DNA from: a virus
DNA: 64,000 nt
Virus record (IMG/VR): IMGVR_UViG_3300047552_000481
Coordinates: 15,081 to 79,080 of that record
Strand: one strand, 5' to 3'
Below are positions 59,399 to 64,000 of the stretch, piece after piece. Made by a program: the position numbers and the translations under genes. The stretch's first letter is position 1. Every line of letters begins with the position of its first letter. The notes beneath the pieces were generated by a model that saw nothing but the letters and a program-made list of their open reading frames with translations, did not search any database and was not told the DNA's origin.

Positions 59399-59411
59399 AT
59401 TTTGAGGAAAT

Positions 59412-59585
59412 ATGATGGAAGTTCGCAAGATAAGATTAGACAATGATAAATATTTGATACAGGTAAGACATTTATCAGAAGCAAATTGGGTAAGTGTTGA
59501 CACAGTAAAATCTTATATTGCGGCATATGAGAGAGAAAAGGAATTGCGAGAGAAAGATAAATCGGGGTGTAGCTCAGCTTGGTAG
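59412..59585 (+). CDS. Small hypothetical protein (57 aa) ending inside tRNA-Pro
   Basis: GAGG RBS; open frame to TAG at 59583-85. Confidence 0.5.
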   Translation: MMEVRKIRLDNDKYLIQVRHLSEANWVSVDTVKSYIAAYEREKELREKDKSGCSSAW

Positions 59586-59640
59586 AGCGCATGTTTTGGG
59601 AGCATGAGGTCGTTAGGTTCGATTCCTACCATCCCGACCA
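59563..59640 (+). tRNA. tRNA-Pro(TGG)
   Basis: CGGGGTG/CATCCCG acceptor, CATGT-TTTGGGA-GCATG arm, CCA end. Confidence 0.9.
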
Positions 59641-59658
59641 ATTTAGTAGGTTATTAAA

Positions 59659-59856
59659 ATGAAAACTATTGAAATTTCCGAATATTTATTTAATGAATTG
59701 ATGAAAGATAAGAAGCGATTAGATTGGTTAGAAACACAGGATTGTTGGATTGATATAGATGGGGAGTATGATATAAAGCCAAAATATGCTTGTGGTGATG
59801 GATATAAAGATACTGTTAGAGAAATTTGTGATAAACATATTGGAGAAGTGAAATGA
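59659..59856 (+). CDS. Hypothetical phage protein
   Basis: DKKRLDWLE motif. Confidence 0.65.
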   Translation: MKTIEISEYLFNELMKDKKRLDWLETQDCWIDIDGEYDIKPKYACGDGYKDTVREICDKHIGEVK

Positions 59857-60059
59857 ATGTAAAAGAATTGATTGAAGAGTTGAACAAATATCCAGATAAT
59901 ATGACGGTTGTTGTTAATGGAATGGATGATGGATATAATAATCTAACAATAATAAAATCAGTGAACTTAAGATTAGTGGAAGATGACTGGTATGATTATT
60001 TAGATGTTTCTAGTGGTATTGTAGCAGATCTCAAGGCATTATATCTTGGTTTGGAATAA
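59853..60059 (+). CDS. Hypothetical phage protein
   Basis: MNVKELIEELNKYPDNM.V motif. Confidence 0.7.
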   Translation: MNVKELIEELNKYPDNMTVVVNGMDDGYNNLTIIKSVNLRLVEDDWYDYLDVSSGIVADLKALYLGLE

Positions 60060-60249
60060 ACGTGTATAAATTTATTATTGCAATATTATTGTTTGCATTA
60101 GGGGTGTTGATATTATCGGGTGTAATAGATAATATTATTGAGTTGTCTGGGGTTAAATAATGTATAGATATGCGATTGTTTTTTTATTATTTTTTGTAAC
60201 AGTATTTGTGGTTGCAGTTACATTAGTCAATCTATTTTAGGAGATTAAA

Positions 60250-60564
60250 GTGAAAGTGTTATTTGTTTTGATTCTAATGGTTATTACATTTAATGTATTA
60301 GCAGAAAATCGTAAGGTTTGGATCATTAATTACACATCAAGAAATGTTGTTGGACTTTATGCTTCAAATGTATCAGAAGAAGATTGGCAAGAAAACATTC
60401 TTTCTGGATATGTATTAGAACCGAATCATAAAGTACGAGTTAATATTGATGATGGAACTCGTCATTGTGAATATGATATTAAAGCCGTATTAGAAGATGG
60501 TGATATGGCAATAGAAGAAAATGTGAATGTATGTAAAATTGAAACTTGGAGAGTATTGGAGTAA
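60250..60564 (+). CDS. Secreted/periplasmic protein
   Basis: Signal peptide; N.T..LYAS..W.ENIL..C.YDIKA..DG..NVC. Confidence 0.7.
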   Translation: MKVLFVLILMVITFNVLAENRKVWIINYTSRNVVGLYASNVSEEDWQENILSGYVLEPNHKVRVNIDDGTRHCEYDIKAVLEDGDMAIEENVNVCKIETWRVLE

Positions 60565-60568
60565 AATA

Positions 60569-62815
60569 ATGTTTTTAGATAACGACATCAAATTAGATTT
60601 TTCGGATGTATTAATTTTACCAAAGCGATCTAAATTAGAATCAAGAGCAGATGTTTCATTGGAAAGAACCATTAAATTTCCATATGCCAAACACGAATTT
60701 ATTGGTATTCCAATCATCGCATCTAATATGATTGGTGTTGGAACATTTAATATTCATAATGCATTAGCACAATTTAAGATATTAACAGCCATATCCAAAC
60801 ATTATACCATTTCTGATTGGGTTCGAAATGAGATTGATCCTGATTATGCTATTATGTGTATTGGGATTACAGATTCAGATATTAAGAAAGCAAAAGAACT
60901 TATTGATTTCTATAATCTCAAATATCTTATGATTGATGTTGCTAATGGATATTCAGAAAAATTTATTGATTTCATTAAAAAAGTACGAGACGGAATGCCT
61001 GATATATGTATCATGGCAGGAAATGTTGTAACAAAAGAAATGACAGAAGCATTAATTTTATCTGGTGTTGATGTAGTAAAAATCGGCGTAGGGAATGGAT
61101 GTTTGGCTGGAGATTCTAAAGTGTTGTTGTCCAACGGAACATATAAAAATATAAAGGACATCAAAATTCATGATAAAGTTATCAACATGCATGGAAATCC
61201 AGTAGAAGTAATTGGTGTACAATTTTCTGGATTTAAAAAGGTAAAGAAGTATAGAAACAATTTGTTTTACTTGGACACATTAGTAACAAATGATCATTTA
61301 CATTGGGTTGGAGATTATTCTTCTACACCCAATATTTTTCTTGATGGTAATTGTGAAGTTATATTAGAACGACCACTAAAGAATGGTGGATCTAAGTTTA
61401 AATGGTCAGATTTGTCTGATAATTTAAACTTTAAAGTGTTGTGTGTGCCTAGAAAAATTAATTTTGAAATGCCAAAAACGATTGAAATTGACATGACTCA
61501 ATTTAAACTTTCTAATAGGGGGTTTGATGGACAATGTGAAATTCCTGACACCATAACACAATCATATGAACTTGGATACTTGATTGGAACATTTTTAGGA
61601 GACGGATTCTCAAGATGTACAAAATTTAAATGTAAGCGTGGAGATAAAATTACTAATAATACTTGCGGTAGTTTATTTTGGTATTTTGGTAAAAATGAAG
61701 TTGAATATGCTCAAAAAGTAACAGATTATTTAAAACTTGTTTTTGGTGCAAATGGAAAAATATTACACGAAGAAAATATGACGAAGGTTAAATGTCAATC
61801 AAATATCATCAGTAGATTTTTTCTTCAATTTTATTGTGGAGAAAAAAAGAAAACGCTGCCAGACAAATATTTAATTGATGATGCAGATTATATGAAAGGG
61901 ATATATGATGGAATGTTAGATAGTGATGGACATTATGCAAAAGATAGTAGAGTTGGATTTTCAAATACATCATCAGATTTAATTGAAAAGTTTATGATTA
62001 TATTCCATCAAGTTAATGGGTATTTTCCATCAGTTGCGGTTCCACCGCCTTGTGGATTTGCTGGTGAACAACTTTTGGAAAATCATAACTTTTCACAATT
62101 ATATACATGCAGATCTGTATCAACAAAACAAAATGATACATATTATCAAATGAACAGAGTTTTCTCGGATATAACTGAAGAAGAAATTGAAATAGCAACT
62201 TATGATATTCAGGTTGATTGTGAAACAAGTAGTTTTATTGTGAATAATTCGGTGGTCCACAATAGCGTTTGTAAAACCAGAGTTCAAACCGGAGTTGGTT
62301 TTCCACAATTATCATCAGTTATTGAGACATCTAATTATGCTCACGCATTAAATGCTAATATAATTTCTGATGGTGGTTGTACTTGCATCGGAGACATTTC
62401 TAAAGCATTTTGTGCTGGTGCAGATTTCGTTCAATTGGGAACCATGTTAGCTGGTCATAGAGAAGGTGATCAAGAAATTATAAATAAATATAAAAAGAAA
62501 GAATATATTGATTCAGAAGATGATTCGGTATATGAACTACATCAATTTGTAGAATTCTTTGGTTCTTCATCAAAGAAAGCCCAAGAAAACTATTTTGGCG
62601 GATTTAATGATTATCGTGCTTCTGAAGGTAGAGAAGTCCTGATACCATACAAAGGACCAATTGAAAATACTATTAAAGAAATCTTAGGTGGTATTAGATC
62701 AACCTGTACGTATATTGGTGCAAAGCAATTAAAAAATCTACCAAAATGTGCAACGTTCATTAGAGTCAATAACCAATTATCAAAGGTCATGGAAAAGTAT
62801 GAGAGAAGTATCTAA
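60569..62815 (+). CDS. guaC: GMP reductase with intein
   Basis: KLDFSDVLI.PKRS.L.SR, IDVANGYSE, AGNVVT, GVGNG|SVC.TR..GVGFPQLS, SDGGC, YRASEG, GGIRSTCTY. Confidence 0.92.
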   Translation: MFLDNDIKLDFSDVLILPKRSKLESRADVSLERTIKFPYAKHEFIGIPIIASNMIGVGTFNIHNALAQFKILTAISKHYTISDWVRNEIDPDYAIMCIGITDSDIKKAKELIDFYNLKYLMIDVANGYSEKFIDFIKKVRDGMPDICIMAGNVVTKEMTEALILSGVDVVKIGVGNGCLAGDSKVLLSNGTYKNIKDIKIHDKVINMHGNPVEVIGVQFSGFKKVKKYRNNLFYLDTLVTNDHLHWVGDYSSTPNIFLDGNCEVILERPLKNGGSKFKWSDLSDNLNFKVLCVPRKINFEMPKTIEIDMTQFKLSNRGFDGQCEIPDTITQSYELGYLIGTFLGDGFSRCTKFKCKRGDKITNNTCGSLFWYFGKNEVEYAQKVTDYLKLVFGANGKILHEENMTKVKCQSNIISRFFLQFYCGEKKKTLPDKYLIDDADYMKGIYDGMLDSDGHYAKDSRVGFSNTSSDLIEKFMIIFHQVNGYFPSVAVPPPCGFAGEQLLENHNFSQLYTCRSVSTKQNDTYYQMNRVFSDITEEEIEIATYDIQVDCETSSFIVNNSVVHNSVCKTRVQTGVGFPQLSSVIETSNYAHALNANIISDGGCTCIGDISKAFCAGADFVQLGTMLAGHREGDQEIINKYKKKEYIDSEDDSVYELHQFVEFFGSSSKKAQENYFGGFNDYRASEGREVLIPYKGPIENTIKEILGGIRSTCTYIGAKQLKNLPKCATFIRVNNQLSKVMEKYERSI
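61100..62263 (+). mobile_element. Intein (388 aa) with LAGLIDADG homing endonuclease in GuaC
   Basis: Starts CLAGD, LIGTFLGDG and GMLDSDG blocks, ends VVHN followed by Ser. Confidence 0.93.
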
Positions 62816-63056
62816 AACAGCACTTATATTAAACGGTATAAAAGATCAAATAGATATGAATGAATATATCTGCCATTCACAATCAAACTGTTTCCAAATG
62901 GAAAACTTTTGGATGTGGCTTGCATGGAAACTACCTAAACCACTAATCTATTGGTGTGCAATTAGATTAGGTGTAAATGCAACAGTTGATAAATACTCAT
63001 ATCAAACAGTTTCAAAACTAAATTTCATAGACGCACTAGAAAGATGGAATAGATGA
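62799..63056 (+). CDS. Hypothetical phage protein (start uncertain)
   Basis: WLAWKLPK.LIYWCAIR motif. Confidence 0.55.
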   Translation: MREVSKTALILNGIKDQIDMNEYICHSQSNCFQMENFWMWLAWKLPKPLIYWCAIRLGVNATVDKYSYQTVSKLNFIDALERWNR

Positions 63057-63229
63057 AAAAATATACTTTCCAAATTACAATAGATGAAGGTTATGATGAA
63101 TGGTGGGAAGCCATAAATAATAATGAATCCACCGGATGTAATGAACTTCTAGAAGAACTAAAAGAAGTAATGCATTTCTCCGGGTTTTATGGAGCAGATG
63201 TTAAATTAATAGAGTATAAAGATGAATAA
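63053..63229 (+). CDS. Small hypothetical protein (not in ORF track)
   Basis: ATGA overlap; EGYDEWWE. Confidence 0.55.
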   Translation: MKKYTFQITIDEGYDEWWEAINNNESTGCNELLEELKEVMHFSGFYGADVKLIEYKDE

Positions 63230-63384
63230 ATATATCCCAACAAAAGAAGATAAAGAAAGAGATTTAGAAGAAATCCGTCGTGTTGCAAAATTACTTAATG
63301 TAAAACCTCTTCATCAAGGCTCTAATCAAGATGTGGATAAACTTAATAAGGATGGAATAAAAAATAACTCCAAATGAGGTTACA

Positions 63385-63561
63385 ATGTCTAAAGCTGAAA
63401 AAATATTAAAAAAATCTGAATCCCACCCAAATGTCCTTCAACTAATAGAATCTGAAGGTGGTAAACCAATCGATCTGCCAAACTATTATATGTTCCCAGA
63501 TTATAGCGTTATCCTATTAGAAGATAATAAGGTAACAATCAAAACTCTACTGGAGGATTGA
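63385..63561 (+). CDS. 58-aa protein, tandem paralog 1
   Basis: GAGG RBS; MSKAE..FPDYS.ILL. Confidence 0.65.
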   Translation: MSKAEKILKKSESHPNVLQLIESEGGKPIDLPNYYMFPDYSVILLEDNKVTIKTLLED

Positions 63562-63562
63562 A

Positions 63563-63739
63563 ATGTCTAAAGCTGAAACCGTTCTGTCAAAATTAACAAA
63601 AACATTCTCTTATGGTGAAACCCTTTATTGGATTATTCAAGAAAAAGGTGTCCCACTTACAAAGATGCCCAATGAAGAATTTGAATTTCCAGACAAGAGC
63701 AAGTTATTATTAACTCCAAAGGAAGTCAAATTGATGTGA
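63563..63739 (+). CDS. 58-aa protein, tandem paralog 2
   Basis: GGAGG RBS; MSKAE..FPDKS.LLL. Confidence 0.65.
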   Translation: MSKAETVLSKLTKTFSYGETLYWIIQEKGVPLTKMPNEEFEFPDKSKLLLTPKEVKLM

Positions 63740-64000
63740 TATACCAACACATATTAAGTTATTATCACACGATAAACAATGTTATAATACCTTACAAGAC
63801 ATTTAAGATTATATTATGTGGCACCCATTACGAGGTATATGCATTATTACCATCATGTAAAGGTGTGTCACATAATATATACGAATTAACACATTGTCCG
63901 GTCTGTTCACACTAACAGACAATAACTCTCACATTTCATTTATTTTCAATTATCCACAAATAATCCCCATATAATTCAATACTTTACACTCCCAAATAAT

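Noticed and set aside
7437-62308. Numerous 60-160 aa minus-strand ORFs in the track
   Set aside because: Antisense shadows of well-supported + strand genes, without RBS or motifs; only 7788..8720 accepted
63950-63958. Perfect DnaA box TTATCCACA
   Set aside because: Single copy; about one is expected by chance in 64 kb of this composition
1-64000. CRISPR array, rRNA, group I intron, reverse transcriptase
   Set aside because: No regularly spaced repeats, rRNA-like tracts, intron-split core genes or RT motifs seen; repeats in 22066 and 58251 are protein-coding units

Overview
AT-rich (roughly 30% GC by eye) 64-kb segment of a large T4-like myovirus genome. Spanins and lipoproteins point to a Gram-negative host. 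Almost everything is on the + strand. The window holds the replication/recombination core (gp46, ligase, gp45/44/62, RegA, gp43, UvsX, gp41, primase, RNase H), nucleotide-metabolism genes (class II RNR with intein, GMP reductase with intein, ThyX, dUTPase, dCMP deaminase), peptide deformylase, Hsp20, four tRNAs, about six free-standing endonuclease genes, a solo TnpB, a late block (putative internal head proteins, GH19 endolysin, holin-like proteins, spanins), neck gp13, and many sigma70-type and T4 late (TATAAATA) promoters. The best candidate new system is an 11-kb glycan-synthesis island (GT2, GT10, GT4, GT25, HtrL-like, O-methyltransferases, HAD-nucleotidyltransferase). It lies just upstream of a late virion-type protein in which 22 of 30 Asn follow A/S/G, suggesting phage-encoded, chlorovirus-like virion N-glycosylation. 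Other notable signals: a HicA-like RNase domain inside a probable capsid-packaged polyprotein, a gene-splitting TnpB that could act as an RNA-guided homing nuclease, 21-bp duplications flanking inserted genes, a perfect antisense promoter aimed at the late/lysis block, and saw-tooth C/G skew switches near endonuclease loci. All calls come from motif recognition; no database searches were run.
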